Positions 48,901-63,530 of a stretch of 64,000 nucleotides of DNA are shown in pieces. The notes under the pieces were generated by a model that saw nothing but the letters and a program-made list of their open reading frames with translations, was not told the origin of the DNA and did no database searches. How positions within the stretch are numbered: the stretch's first letter is position 1; every line of letters begins with the position of its first letter. This DNA is from Laetmonice hystrix (Eukaryota), in the NCBI GenBank assembly GCA_965235115.1, contig OZ249436.1, positions 55,306,001 through 55,370,000 of the forward strand, written 5' to 3'. Made by a program: the position numbers and the translations under genes.

Positions 48901-51900
48901 CCAAAATACCGGTAAATATTCCTACCCTAAAAATAGTGGATCAGTTTATTATTGGACCATATCGCGGACCATAGCCCCTGCCGGCTCCCGCTGTAGGCAG
49001 AAGGACGCGCTAAGCGGTGGATCACGTGACATCTACCTTTATTTGTAGTGAAGTGTGTACAATTCGGTCCGACTGACGGCAGGCTTGGATGTGGCCATGT
49101 TGGACGTAGCCGCCTGGCCTACAGCCAGCTGGCATCTGTAGACCAGTTATGGAACGACAATATACTAGACCAGAAAAGCAATATAAAATTTAGGCCTCCC
49201 AACCCCATGGAAGCTTAGTTTGGTAGACTTGACTGGAAAATGTTGAAATTGAATTATGCTGTAGTGCTACTCAGTACTGCTAGAAGAAAATCTAGCGGAT
49301 GTATGAAGAAAATGATTCAATTGAGTAGATATGTTTACTTTGTCAGAGTGTTTTAAGGTTACATCAGCCTCAAACGTCGAGAAATCCCATGAAGTTAATC
49401 AATAGTTAAGGTCCATGGTTTTGTTTGCAATTGTTGTGTGACCAAGGAGAAAGTCCTGAAGAAGTTGGGCTGGCACAGTTTTTGTCGAACTTCCCAAGGC
49501 TTCAAGACTGATCAGTTCTAAAGTCTTGAGCAAACACAGGCCAAAACTTCAGTCGCTTCAAGTTCAAAGAAGACTAAAGGACCCGTTATCATAGGACCCT
49601 GATCCTTTTTCTATACATTCATTCAATGATGTGGTGGCAGTAATAATAAAAAGAGTTTATTCTAAAACTGTTTTTCCTGGAAGATATAATTCTGTCTCTT
49701 TGTCATCCAGCCATGTAACAACAGAGAAATGCAGGGTCAGAACTTTAACCTGGAGGCCTGATGGGTCAACCTGACTGCCAGTGTATCCAGGAATGTCAAA
49801 GACAAACTTGTATCGATTGCAACTGATCGAGGGTGGCATTTATTCAGGAAAGACAAGTTTCTGGGGGGGGGGGGGGGGAAGAGATCAGATTCATTGTATG
49901 CTCCAGTAGTTAGTAGGCTGTCACATATACCGGAGTTCACTTTTGACATTCTCACTTTCTGTAACACCATTGGGAAGGCGGACCAGTGGGAGTTAAGAAG
50001 AGTATTTTTAAAGACCGAATAATGTGCCATTCTAAGTAGGAGATTAATCTTCTAAAGCTAAATCCTGTTTCAAACCCCAAATATGCAGTCCAGCGTGATA
50101 TTAAACCATACGAGTAACATTAGCAACTTTAAATCATTAGTGTCATGGCGTATGGTACAAAGTTAAGATTATTCACACAAGGTTATTATCTTGCTGAGAA
50201 CGTAAATTTGTAATCGGGACTCCACATTCGACTTTAAATCCTCTCTGGTATAACTTTAGCAATCCATGCCGCCCAGTAAGGAGCTAGACTCCACGGTTCT
50301 GTCTGAATGTGTACATTGTAAGTTTGGGGGTCGGTAATATAATGGTAATTATAAGGTGTTGTGAGCAGTGTCATGCTGAGATAAATATTCCAGTAGGGCG
50401 GCGGCCAGACCTCTATTAAGCCCTTAAACGGCTCGCAGGAAATGGTGCCAGGAACTGAGGAAGGCATGTGGTGTTAGTCTTTTAGAGGTACTGAGAACAT
50501 ACATAAACCACTTAACGACTTATTAGCCAAGTCGGAAATGGTGATTTCATTAATACCCAGTCAGTGGTGTGTACACTCAACGCAGCAAGTACCGGTAATT
50601 CCCTTAGGTCAGGTGGGACTGGGGAAGAATTCCAGTCATACTGGATCATAGCCCTAGGCAAATTATATTATTTGTAAGTCAGAGCGTTGTGTTTCTATGA
50701 CTATCAAACCTGCGGATAAAACTGGCTGGCAATAATAAACTCGTCTTTTGGATATTACCCTATAATTTAGGAAAACCACAAACTTAATACATGTATCTGC
50801 TTTTAGTTTATTTCCAGGGCAAAGACATTCAGGCAGTGTAAACATTTTGAGTCAACTAAAATCATGCATTCGCTCAGCTCACTCTTATAGTCTTATACCT
50901 TCCCTGTTATAACAGGTGGTTATACTGCTGCACAGTAAACTGCAGATATGAATCAGGTGAGACAGGCCTTCATAAATCAATCCCATGGAAGATTAAATAA
51001 TATTTGTTTCAGTATTGATCTACTTGATCTCAGTTGTTGATTGATTATTCCACAGTTTGTGGTGGATCCCTGATCTATACAGAACAAGACTATGAAAAGA
51101 AAGTATCGTTTTTCAATACCTATTAATTTTGTCAAACACGACACACCCTAGAATCCGTTTTAGTGCCCCCCCCGTCCCGTTGTTGCTGTACTTACATACG
51201 CCCCCGGCGGTGTTCCACCCTTGTTTGACTGGTTGTGATTGTGACAGTCCGGCGATGTTCCAAGAGATACGGTTTCAAGGAAGTCGGGGAAGACGAGGAT
51301 TGGAATCTCTACTGGACTGACTTCTCTGTGGCCCTCGAGAGGGTCATGGACATGAAGAAATACCAGGTACAATATAGCATATAACTTTGATCACATACGT
51401 ATACCTATTCCGTGCTGCCAGGCTTTTTCATCTCTTTGCAGCTTGCAGCTAGCAAACAGTGACAGTTTCGTTATAATGACGTTTTATTATTATTATTTTT
51501 TTGTTCTCAGAAAATCAACCATTTTCCTGGTATGAGTGAAATCTGTCGAAAGGATCTCTTAGCGCGCAACATGAACAGAATGTTGCGGCTCTTCCCCAAG
51601 GAATACAATGTCTTCCCACGCTCTTGGTGCCTCCCTGCTGAGTAGGTTGTCTTTTGTCGTATTATTTTATCTTATCTTCCAGGAGAAAATTATCTTTATA
51701 TACTGTATCTGCCGAGAAAAGGCAATTCTTTAGGAGTTACATTTAGCGTGTTTAGGACATTTCTGAAATGTAAAGTTACACAGGTCTGTATAGGTGATAT
51801 TGCTCTGGTTTCCAGTCACGGTGACTTCCAGGCGTACACACGTCAGAAGAAACATAAGACATATATCCTGAAACCTGAGAGTGGGTGTCAAGGTAAAGGT

Positions 51901-54900
51901 ATCTGGGTGACGAGGAACCCAAAGGAGATCAAAGCCACTGAACATATGCTCTGCCAACAGTATATCTCCAAGGTAAGTAAACTACATCCACCTGTGTACC
52001 GGGTACATATCGGTAACCCCTGCTTAGGCTGGGATCACTTTAGGCTTCTGCCGTTGCACCAATGGCACAGTAAAATGTGAACTGGCGCGTGATTCTCAGC
52101 AACATGTGCTCTATTGTTAATTGAAGGTGGTCTAACCAGTCTATAAAAAGTCGATTTTAGGGCCCTAGGCCTATATCCAATTTTTCATTTTGGGAAAAGA
52201 GCGTCCCTGACAGGAAGGACACACAAATTCCTCCAAAGGTCCAAGGGCACATACCTGATACACCAGTTTTATGTGCCCTTTATGTGCCCTTTGAGCACAC
52301 CACGTCACCAGTGATACATGTATCAGGGGTAAGAATGATTCTCAACTCCAGTGCTTACCCCTGGCTTAAAGGGTGACGAATGGGGTGAGGGATGGGTGCA
52401 GGGAAGTGGTCGAGTGATGGGATTGCCCAATAGAGTACCATTGTACCAGTACTATTTCTTTCACTGTCCCTACTTAGTGCTCTATCATATATCTGGGTGA
52501 CTTTCTCACAAGTCCCACAATTGAACACATTTGAAAGTTATATTTTGCTCTTCAGCCTTTCCTCATCGATGGGTTCAAGTTTGACCTCCGGATATATACA
52601 CTGGTGACAGGATGCGACCCACTACGGATATTTGTTTTCAAGGATGGACTCGCTCGCTTTGCTACTGCCAAATATGTTGACCCAAACCATCATAATGTGG
52701 TAAGCATCTTTAATTTTAGGTTTACTAAGGCGAAAAAGTTAGATCAGTTATACATTCTCGGAGAGAAAAATGATATAATTTACTGGTTAAGAACTGTTAG
52801 TGTTACGACGACAGTTCTGTAAGTCAAGCCTGCTAATGAAAATGTTGGGGTGGGGGGTGGCCTGGGGCTGTAGGCCCATGGTTACCATGTGGATGTGTCT
52901 GGTAGGGTATGGATGGAGAGTGGGGCTTACTGAAGCTTTGTGTAATCACGGCAGGAACCGGAACGGGGCGGTTATATGACCAGTTTTAACATTAACAGTG
53001 TTGGATAAGGAGTATAAAAATGGCTATTATCACGAAGTACCCTTTTTGCTGTTTACTTCAAATGGGGTTGCTGAAGAGGAATGCATGCTCTCCTGACTAT
53101 TCAACAACTTATTGCGTTGTGTTTGAATGCAGTGCCGTGAATATTGATGATTCATAACTACAAAATCCCAAGGTGACTGCTCACTGGGGAAACCCCATAG
53201 CTGGCCCTGGCTTCCAGTGGCCACCCGTCCCATTGCTGACCGAGGTTATAACCTTGGGCCCGGCTGGGGCTGTATGGTCACCATGTGGGTGTGTCTGATA
53301 GGGTATGGATGGGGGGGGGGGGGCTTATTGAAGCTTTGTGTAATCATGGCAGGAATGGGGTCTGTACAAGAGCAGGGTACTAATCTAACCGATCAATAAA
53401 TGTCAGTGTCCGATTGATCTAAGCCTGGATTCACAGGGAGGGGATTTGGCTGCCCCCCCCCCCCCATCCTCCATGCTGTATTGTTCACATCACTAGGCCA
53501 AAAGTATATCTCATGTCTGGCCTGGGGTGCAGGAAGCACTGATTCTATCAGTAATCATTGATCAATTACCTGGGGTTGGGGAAAGTATTGATGGCTCTTG
53601 TATTTATTGATCAAATTATAATTGATCAATAGACGTCAAGATGAAAGAGTTTGTTTTGATAAATAGGTCCATTATTTTCACCAGGTTTGATTTTTTTCAG
53701 GATAATGTATATATGCACTTGACAAATTATGCAATCAACAAAAACAGCACCGACTTTGTACGTGATGATGAAGCTGGGAGCAAGAGGTGGGTGAAGAGGA
53801 AGCCATTTATATCTGATTCTAGATTAATTGAGATAGGAACCTTGCTTTCCATTTTTGTAAATGACCTCAATGCTATTTTTAATCCATATTTCTAATGTTA
53901 ACTTAAATGTGAAACAAACATGTACAATTTATATTATCCTGTTCATGGGCTACAGCCGTGAAACCTGAAAGGCACGTACTCACTGAATTGTTGATATTAT
54001 TTTTGTAGACGTATAAGAACAACAAACCGCTGGATGAAAGACAATGGCTATGACGTCGACAAACTTTGGAATGATATTGATGACGTCATCATTAAAACTC
54101 TTATCTCCGCACACGCAGTTTTGAAACATAATTATCGTACATGTTTCCCCAACCATGTGAAGGGATCAGCTTGCTTTGAGATCCTTGGCTTTGATATTAT
54201 CATTGATCGAAAGCTCAAACCTTATCTGGTCGAGGTAAATCTGCAATTTTCCATCTTCCTTCATTACTTGATAATTTTCCATCTACCTTCATTACCATGA
54301 TAAGTATACTTAATGTAACCGACAGAATCTGATATAATTTAAGAAGGGATCTTGTGCTAAAATAGGCATACTGTGTTTTAATACACCCCTAACCTTGCCC
54401 GTGACATTTTTTCCTTGATAGGTCAATCATTCACCAAGCTTCCACACTGATGCAAAACTTGATAAAGAAATCAAAGAGGCCATGCTGTACGACACTCTTA
54501 ACCTTGTCAATTTTGGTGCTGTTGATAAGAAGAAATGCATCGAAGAGGAAAAACGCAAAATCAAAGAAAGGCTTTTTCAGAGGCAAAATAAAAAGGAATC
54601 AAAGTAGGTATCGTGCTGCAATTGAGTGTAGTGTGACAAAAAGCTGGAAGTGTTATTAACAATGCGGATTTGATTTTTTTTCGTATAGGTTGAATTGGTA
54701 TAGAGGTCAAGTTCTAATTTTAAATTAATAAAATGCGTTTTATTGATGGGTCATAAAGGTCTGACCTGAAAGTGGGAAACTTGCTAGTATAGTAAGTATA
54801 CCTTACGCCAAGTAGTACGAAGGAAGGTGAAGAGTGGCAGAGTTAAAAGAATAGACAATAGGCGCATAGTTATTCCCCCAAAATCAACTTTTCCTTACCA

Positions 54901-57900
54901 GAAGGCGAAGGGGGACACGTGCTTTTGTTCGAGTGTTGATTTTGATGAAGAGTGTTTTGGTGTGGTGACAGGCCTGAACAAATACTATCGAACCAGCGGG
55001 AGAGGTAGGATGTTCCACTACCTAACCCCACGATCATGTCTGACCTGATCGTCGGGCGTGCACACTGCTGGTTAGAACTGATTGCATGAATCTTTTAGCT
55101 GATGTTCTTCTTCACGAAGGTGTTGGAAATTAAATGAAGTCGCCAGTTGTATCACATTTTCTTCACCCTTCACTAACTTTTGGGCACTGTGTATATCTCG
55201 TTCCACAGGAATGTGTTTCATGAATTGTAATTAAGCAATTGTAGCGTTTGTCACTCACAGAAACACAAGTGGTTGAAGGATTCGTTTGTGAAGCGTATTT
55301 TTATTGGGTACTATCATAACGGTGGTATAATTAGGCTCACCTCAGTTTATAGTAATAATACTGGAACTGTCACGATTATAGCCTATCCTCTTCCAGGATA
55401 GGTTTTTATACTTTTGTAGGTACCGTTACTTTATTATTTATCAGTAACCAAAAGCCAATTGCTTCGAGAATCGGAAAAATGAATTTCGTGATCAAGGGAG
55501 CTGAGCATCTGTACTAATCTTTTTTTTTGTTGATTATTAAGGGAGGAGCTGGATAAGGCGCACACTGCGTGGTTGGAACATCTGACCAAGTATGAAGATG
55601 AAAACTGTGGAAACTTCCGTAAAATCTACCCGGGACCAGGCTGTGAAAAGTATGACAAATTCTTCCACAGCAGTGGCTCCCTCTACCAGGAAACAGCCGC
55701 ATTTAAAGCTCGCTCAGAATGTGCAAGGTAGGATGGCTTACAAATAATGTTTTTGATCTCTTAGAATAGATGCAGAGAAGTGTCATCATTTAAATGATTC
55801 GCTCCAAGGCACTCAATTATTATTTAATCATACTTTGGTGTCTAAATGATTAATCTAAATACCTACTTTTCTAAATGCTTTGAGAACGGCATTAAATTCG
55901 ACAATATTGGTGTATGGTATAAGGGCCCTGGTATAAGACCTTACTCGGAGTAGAACTTATCTAAAGCTGCATCATTCAGGATATTCTATCTTATAATTTC
56001 CCTGTGTATTTTGTAAGAACGATGCGCAAGGAGAGGTAAGTATCGTACATGGTATGTCAGTATCTATAGCTCCTCCTACATGTTGGACCAGCTTGGACCC
56101 TCCATTATCTACCTGTTGAGCTGGGATTCTTTTTACATTATAATTTCAGTGCACAAAAAAGTTACTTTTCTTTGAGAAGTCTAGTAAAAAAATACATGGT
56201 ATTGGTAGTTACTATCCTTTTTACTGGTCAGTTTACCCCAAACTTTGAGATCTCGTTTCTTAAATCTTTTTACCATGCCACATAAACTGTAACTTGTGAT
56301 ATTATGTGGCATGTTGCGTCAATATAGAACATTTTTCTTTTTCTTAAAAACTTTTTTTGGACAATTTTTGGTAGAGAGAAGTACCAGGGTATGGTAGTGG
56401 TGGCAGAGAATAAGCTTGCCGTGCCCAACGCCAGGTACACTCCCAACCCTAACCCCTTCCCACACCCCCTCAACCGCACTTGTATCATGGCTTCCCGTTT
56501 ACGTAGGTCTATTGCTATGCAGCAGTCCGTTTGTTAGTTGAAAACTCACATTCAGATGGCATTGCATTTGGTAAAATGTTGTTTCCAACTGATCGTTTTA
56601 TCTTTGTGAAGTATATTTTCGTCGGTTTCTCAGGAGAAAGTACTTTTCAAAATCAGTTTTTGATGCCTTGGTGTTGGTATATTGATCAGCATCAGGACAA
56701 CTTCAACTGGCAACTCTAAAGGTATTCACATTTGGTGTGCAGAAAGACTTATATTCTGAATACAGAGTGTTAAGTTGTGTACGTTAAATAAGATTTTATC
56801 ATTGGTTTGAAATTGACTCGTCTTGCAGACAACAGCGAGAGGAGATCCTGCGTAAACAGGAGAAGCTCGAGATGATGTTGAAGAAGAAGAAGAACACTGA
56901 TGTTCGGCCCGAGAGTCCTGGATCAAGACGGAAAAAGGGCAGGAGAGGCACCCTGCCCCTGCGAAGATACAACACGTCTCGTCTGATGGAGGTGGGTCCA
57001 GGGTACTTCAAGGTCACAGTCAGGTGTGCAAGGTCACAGTCAGGTCTGAGGCATTACCAGGTTTCCTAATCACAGAGGAAACGCTTTGAATACATAACAC
57101 CTAAAGAGGTCAAGTTTTACGTCATGACGTGACATAAAACTGGGTCACAGTACTCGGGGGACACAGGGCGGCAACTATAGAGCTTTGCCTTTAGTTTGTA
57201 GCTGGGGCACTGCATTCAGATGGTTTAAGAAGCCATATTTAATGTTGGTCTCTAGCGTATCATATTAGAATGACATGTTGAGACCTGTGTGAGTAATAGG
57301 TGCTAGCCAGGTATGACTAGGAATTATAGGTTGCCATGGTTACCAGGTACGGTTATTGCTGGAATTTGGAGATCAAACATAGTCACACCTGGGGCCCGTT
57401 TCACAAAGCGAGGACATCCCCAAGTGGGGACATCTACGATTCAGAGACATCCCGTTTCACTAAAGTATCCTTGAAATTAACATTGCCTGAAATGGGAATG
57501 TCTCCAGGGAGGGACATTTTAGTGGAACACTTTGAGTAGGGATGTCCCCAAATCGGGGATGTCGCAGGGATGTCACCGATAGTGAAACGTTCCCCCTGTT
57601 GTACCTTCGTACAATCAACAATCGGTAAACAATCTGGTTACGGTTACCGTACATGATCATTTGATGTAGGGGGATTTGATGCAGCATATTATTTTTAAAA
57701 TTATTTTCACAAATTCTCGAGATGAATGTTGAATACGAAGCTAGAGGTGTGATGATGGTGCCTTGTACTCTGCCTTCTATTGTAGGCGTATGTGGAGCCA
57801 GGGCGGGAGTACAGGGTTCAGTACACTCTGGCCAAGACAGACAAGGTACAGGCCTGTGCAGGCTAACGCCAGTACAAACTGTGCACAGTTTATGGCTGCA

Positions 57901-60900
57901 CTTTGAGCTATAGTCCTAGGCATGTTCCAAACATCCGGTCTTAGAGGTTCAAAAGTTACTGGGAAAACAAACATTTTTTCTGGAAAGTCAAAATAAAAAT
58001 TAATTTATAATAACTGTCCTCTCAGCGTGAGGGACATAGTCCAATGTCCAACCCAGAGGACCAAAACAAGCGACCGTTTACTTGTTTTGGCAAATTAAAT
58101 ATTTTTGGAATTTACGTTTCATTTACGATTTCACGTTTTCAAGATTCCACGTTTGAATTTTCTTGAGAAAACCAAATTTGTAGATGCTACTCAACATCTA
58201 CGATTGATTCCTAATCTGCATTTTAATCATAGGATTAAGTGAAAGAATTATTACACTAATTATCTAGAATTTGCTACTGCTTAAATGAAAATGCTAAATT
58301 AATCTTTATGTCAGAATATTAACCAGCGGGGTTTGTGGATTTGCTTGATCCATTCAGCATGTTTTGACGTTGGAGCAGTGTTCAAACAGAAATGACGTAA
58401 ACCCTACATGATCATGGCATGACGTAACATAACAAAGCGCGAGAAACGTGGCAGTAAATTTAAATATTGTTTGACTTATAGCCTTTATCGTAAACCCGAC
58501 ATGTATACATTGAAAAGACTTCCATATCTTGTTTGAAAATCGTTTGCATAATGATGGCGGAAAAACTGTGCACAGTTCTGGCGATACCTGCTGGTAAGCC
58601 CTGATCCTCACATAAAATGTTCCCCTCCCCCCCCCCCCTATTCAGCTCAACCTTTGGTCCCCCAATCGTCCATGTTTCCAAGTTCTACACATCCCATCTA
58701 TTAGAATAAGGGTGCCTTGCAGCCCCCCTTATAATGGCCCCGGGCATGATTCATTCCTGCTTTGTCCTTACACAACTGTTAAGATGCCTAACCCTGAATA
58801 GGTTTCAGGTGGAACGATATAAGGAACCTGTGACTATTCCTGTGTCAGGGGCAAGCTGTGTATATCACCCTGCTGATATTGATCTCATTTAATTAAAAGT
58901 GCAGAAGAATATTACCTATCGGGTGTCATGTTTCTTGGTTAGAAATATTGGGTGTTGGAATCGTTTGAATGAGGTAGAACTACTAGAAGTAGTGATATGT
59001 TTATAGATGGGTTGGCAGTAATATTATGGATATGAACCGAAACGGAATTCATATTCATACAAGATGATATTGTAACACAAATGCTCACATGTAAAATTTT
59101 GTTTATTATCATTTCCCATTCTGGATCATGAGCACAGAAGTTGAAACTATGGCATAAGGTAAATTTTCTGTCAGCCACCTATGCTTTTCCTGCTTCCTTG
59201 CGATCTTTTCTTTAAAAAAACGTAATGGATGTAGAAAAAAATCACTGGTATTATGATTTGATATTGTGTGCAATCACAAGATTGAGTGACGGGACAATAG
59301 ATGAGCACGCACAAACAGTTCCAGTGGTCAAGGGCACACGGGTATCATAACCTCACGTAGCCCGTTTCATGTTTTAATGAATTATTCGACAAAAGACAAC
59401 ACATTCCCAAGGGGTATTGTATTACATATCTGCTGGCAAAAGCATTGTTAAATCGCCTTCCAGGAGTGAGTCTGGTAACTTGAATTGGTCCCTTGTCAGG
59501 TCCTGAGGATGACACTTAAGGGTCAGTAGACTAGTTATGATGTGAGGGAAACAAAACCATATTATGTATTGTTTGAGTCAGTTAAGAATAAGATTTATTA
59601 ATTATATATAGCAAATACGGCATTTATGTGTGGACCTGATAGGATTGCATGTGTTAGTTTGGAAAGTCCCGTGTCCGATGTGAAAACCGTTGCTAATGGT
59701 GTTTGCGTACGTTGTTGTGCCACCAGCCCTACCAACACCTCTCGTCCAAGTCGGCCGAGCTGAGGACCGCCCAGGTGGAGCCCATCGACACCAAGGTACC
59801 GGGAGACATCCTGGAGGAGGAGGAGCTAGAGCGAATCTCCGGACTGCTCCAGCGGGACAACCTGGTACGAGGTCTGGGAATCGTGGAGCATGTGTACAGA
59901 CTGCTGCACTGCACGCCCGGTACCATGAGCATGCAACTCAAGACGTCCGACAAGTACCATGTAAGTAAAGAATAGGCCAAAATCTAGATGAAACACTGGT
60001 AGTTAACCACAGGGACAGGGTTGTTTGGAGGGGTGGGGTTGTGTGGGGGTGGGGTGGGGGTTCGAGTAGGCCTATAGGGTGATGTATATAGTACACTCGC
60101 ACTTCTCACCCCTAAGTCTTATATACGCTCTGCCTATATGATATCCCGAAAATGTTCTAACCCTAAACCTGGTAGGCCTCTAGCTCCATGTTTAAATCAA
60201 TGTTCAGCCATGTTAACAGACTTTGTTGCACGTTGTTGAAGGAACATTAAAATAACATCAGGTACCTCCGTCAGTTTGGGATAATTATGTACGCACAGTT
60301 CCGAACGCGCGGACAAGTCTTGTGACTGGTAGTAAAATACACTTGAACAATTTGCAAAAAGTCTGGTTAAATGCATTTCTAATAACATGTCAATAACATT
60401 TTTTCTTATCTAAGCCACCTCATAATAGATTAGTGTAATACAAAACTAGTTGCTACATAAGATACCGTTTGTGTTTAGTCTATGTTGTAGAATCCCATAT
60501 TTGTAGGAGACCTAACCCAAATACAGTTCTTGTTTTCGCTGTCCTTCCTTTTAATCTCTAGTTTAGATTGTGTAACCATTTGATAACACCTTGAATGTAG
60601 TAAATGTACTTGAATGGCTGAAAAATGGTTATACAGGGTTGTGGGATGTTATTATATCTGCCAGAAACAGATTTCGCGGGAAATTCGGTACATTGATGTC
60701 ACATTTATTACCTTAACAATTTGAATCTTGCATGTAACAAAATTAATATTAAAACTAAAGTTTCAAAGGCAGATGCCAACAATATCCTTGTATTGACGTT
60801 TTTCAGCCCCAATAAGATTAGACTGGCACCTTACTTGACTATACATGTGCGTTTCCTGTGTTGTGTTTTTGTATTGTGCGCACCGTCTGTCTGTCTGTGT

Positions 60901-62703
60901 GTCTGGTGCGGGTCTTAACGTGCTCCAGTACAAGCGGCACCTCCCACGCCTTGACCTGGCCATCGTGGGTGCCGGGAAGGTGGCCGGTCTGCAAGGGTTT
61001 ACCTGCAAGTACAGCCAGTGGGTACGGGACCACGTGGACGTGGAGAGCTCCAGGCCCGCTGACCTGGACCCGACCCTTGAACCCTCGCCACCTGGCGGAC
61101 AAACAGAGAGTCACGATGGGGACGTACTGCTTGAGCCGACTGACCAGTCAGGCGCTCAGAGCGTGTCCGAGGAGGGGTCGCTGCGGGTAAGGCAGCATGG
61201 TGTTAAGGCATCTTGGGTCATATGTACACCATCTATAGGCTGCATGGGTATACCCTGGGGTAACTTGGTCTAAGACATCTTTGTTTCCACCTTTGCATGG
61301 GCTGGGTAAGGCAACTTGATAAGGCATTTTGTGTCACACAGCACGATGCGGCATCTTGGATCACACAGTGGTCAGGGTATATGGCAGTATTAAATCATGA
61401 TAAAGTATCAGGGCAGGGTACGGAAGCATGATGGGGCATTTTGTGTCACAACTTCAGGATAAGAAAACGTGATCTTGGGCCACATGGGTAAGGCCACAGA
61501 GTATGGAATTTTGTCTCATAAACTGTTCAGGGTAAGACCAACTTAGGAAATGGGTCTTCTAACTGGTCCCAGTCTGTTTCGCTCGTGATTGAAGTGGTAC
61601 CCCAGACATGTGGCATACTTACAGTCATACCTTTAATTAGCGACATATTAGTTTCACTGAATTACCATCAAACCTAGAGAATAATTATTTAACAGTTGTG
61701 TTTCCTACTAACCAGCTTAACATTCTTGATGATATTCGATGATGTACTAAACTCTAAATCGTGATCTCTGAAAATTTGACCGATATGGTGTATCCTCTGT
61801 GGCAGCTGCAGCACACTTGTGGTAGAGACAGACAAGTAGGTGATCGAGAGATTGAGAGTAAAGTACTCGAGTTTGCTACCTGATTGCTCCAGTCTTTCTA
61901 TGTGCACTTGGACCTTTAATGTTGTGAAAACTAACCATTTTGGATTCTTCTCTGTGAGGTGATTTTCGCGGTTCATGGGCCTGTTTATTACTGCACTGGT
62001 CTAGTGTATTTTTTCTTATGTTACTTTCGGTAGTGTGTGATTACCGGTACTATTCTGCGATTGAAATGTTACCGAGGGACGACAGGAATCTATTATGGAA
62101 GTTTTCCTTTAGTTTATGATCAAACGTAACTAATCTCCGAAAGCCAAAAATATATTTAAAAAAAATATTAATAACTTTCACTTCATAACGGGCTTTTGTT
62201 ACTATGAGACTAAGTATAAGCATTTCCAAGTTTGAAATTGTCTAAATGATCTGAAGCAGTAACATGGAAACATACCGTTAAGTCAGAGACTCGGAACCGT
62301 GAGTAGTATATGAAAATTGTAGTTTTCATACACTGCGAACGGTTCCTTTCCAATAAGGTAAAGTCAACACACACCTCCGGTCCTGTATCTAGACATTCAT
62401 TCTGCTGTTACTTGGTTACAGTCCCATCACCATGACAACTTCAGTGGTCATCTGAACCCTCTGTACGATAGTGGCCAGCACCACCACCATCACCACCACC
62501 ACCACAACTTCACATACAACAATAACAGCAGTCTGGGTGGGCTGCACACATATAGCCACCCGTCGGTACCGCGAGCGGTGTTCGCGCCGCCGGGCCCTGG
62601 GGGACCAGTGAGTGGGGTGTTGGCGACCGCTCAGCCCGGCCAAGTATGGAGGACACCCCGTCACGGCAGCAGTCTGAGTCAGGCCAGCGACCGGGCCCTA
62701 CAG
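45994..62703 (+). CDS. TTLL6: Tubulin polyglutamylase TTLL6/TTLL13-like, 3'-partial; exons 45994(ATG?)-46213, 48082-48220, 50916-50956, 51248-51366, 51511-51641, 51816-51972, 52556-52699, 53701-53786, 54009-54234, 54422-54603, 55542-55727, [56018-56035], 56829-56991, [57786-57845], 59727-59960, 60929-61186, 62422-62703
   Basis: Phase-consistent GT-AG exons encode the TTL domain: [100 protein letters not shown], and the later [15 protein letters not shown] motif. The start codon and the C-terminal exons are less certain. No stop codon is reached in the window. Confidence 0.92.
46870..47355. repeat. 60-bp minisatellite made of 12-bp subunits, about 8 copies, in a TTLL intron
   Basis: gaggttggcagtgagatttgtggtgaggttggtggccaggttggcggcaagctttgttgt in tandem. 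It generates the repetitive ORFs on both strands. Confidence 0.92.
57392..57595. mobile_element. Short PIF/Harbinger-like MITE
   Basis: Imperfect TIR GGGCCCGTTTCAC / GTGAAACGTTCCCC with CTG on both flanks and internal gggacatc/gatgtccc repeats. Confidence 0.65.
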
Positions 62704-63530
62704 GTAACTAGTCACATACTTCTCTTGTAGAGGCTCTGTTAAAAGTGGCGTCATTGCATTTGGTGTATGATTTTATGATAAATATTTTATTTTTCTACTG
62801 TTTATTGATTATTGTAGATAGGTATTTATTTATTTTTAATATTTAATTTTTGTGTGGGTAATAATAATTTGTGACGTTCTGTCAGTGTCAGTTATTGTAG
62901 CTATTAATAATTCATGACGAGCTAATTATTTTGCGGACAAGTCAACACGTCGATAAGGCTCCGATTTTAATAATGATTTGATCATTGATAATCATTTTGA
63001 TAATCATTTTGATAATGTTAAATGATAATCTTTGGCTGGGTGGTGGTAATTACGCTATATTTAACTTCAACTAATACCTTTTGAAAACAAAGGAAATACC
63101 TGCACAGCTTGACAGTTTAAGTTAAATTCTTTTAGTTCATGCACTCTCTGAACTGAACTAAACTTCTTTGTAAGCAGTATTATTCATGATATGTGCGTAA
63201 AACCGTTACACTCCACTTTTAGAATAATATGCAGCCAATAAATCCTTTATTGTTTGTGAGTGGAACTATATGTATAGTATGTACACGTCAGAGGCGTAGG
63301 AAGCTGGGGGCAGAGGGGGCTGCTGCCCACCCCCCCCCCCCATATTTATAAAATTACCACAGGCTCAATACAAAGCCGTCGGCGTTCATTGTGACGTCAC
63401 TTCTGCCCCCCCCCCCCAATATTTTTTTCCTTCCGACACCACTGCACCTGCATGTAGCATGAATGGCTCAAATTTTCCAATATTTGTGTCGTGCTGATAT
63501 AAATTTTACAATACATCTAATATTTACTGG

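Noticed and set aside
58809..58850. Extra 42-nt TTLL exon ([14 protein letters not shown])
   Set aside because: It would need a weak GC donor and has a poor pyrimidine tract, so it is unsupported without RNA data.
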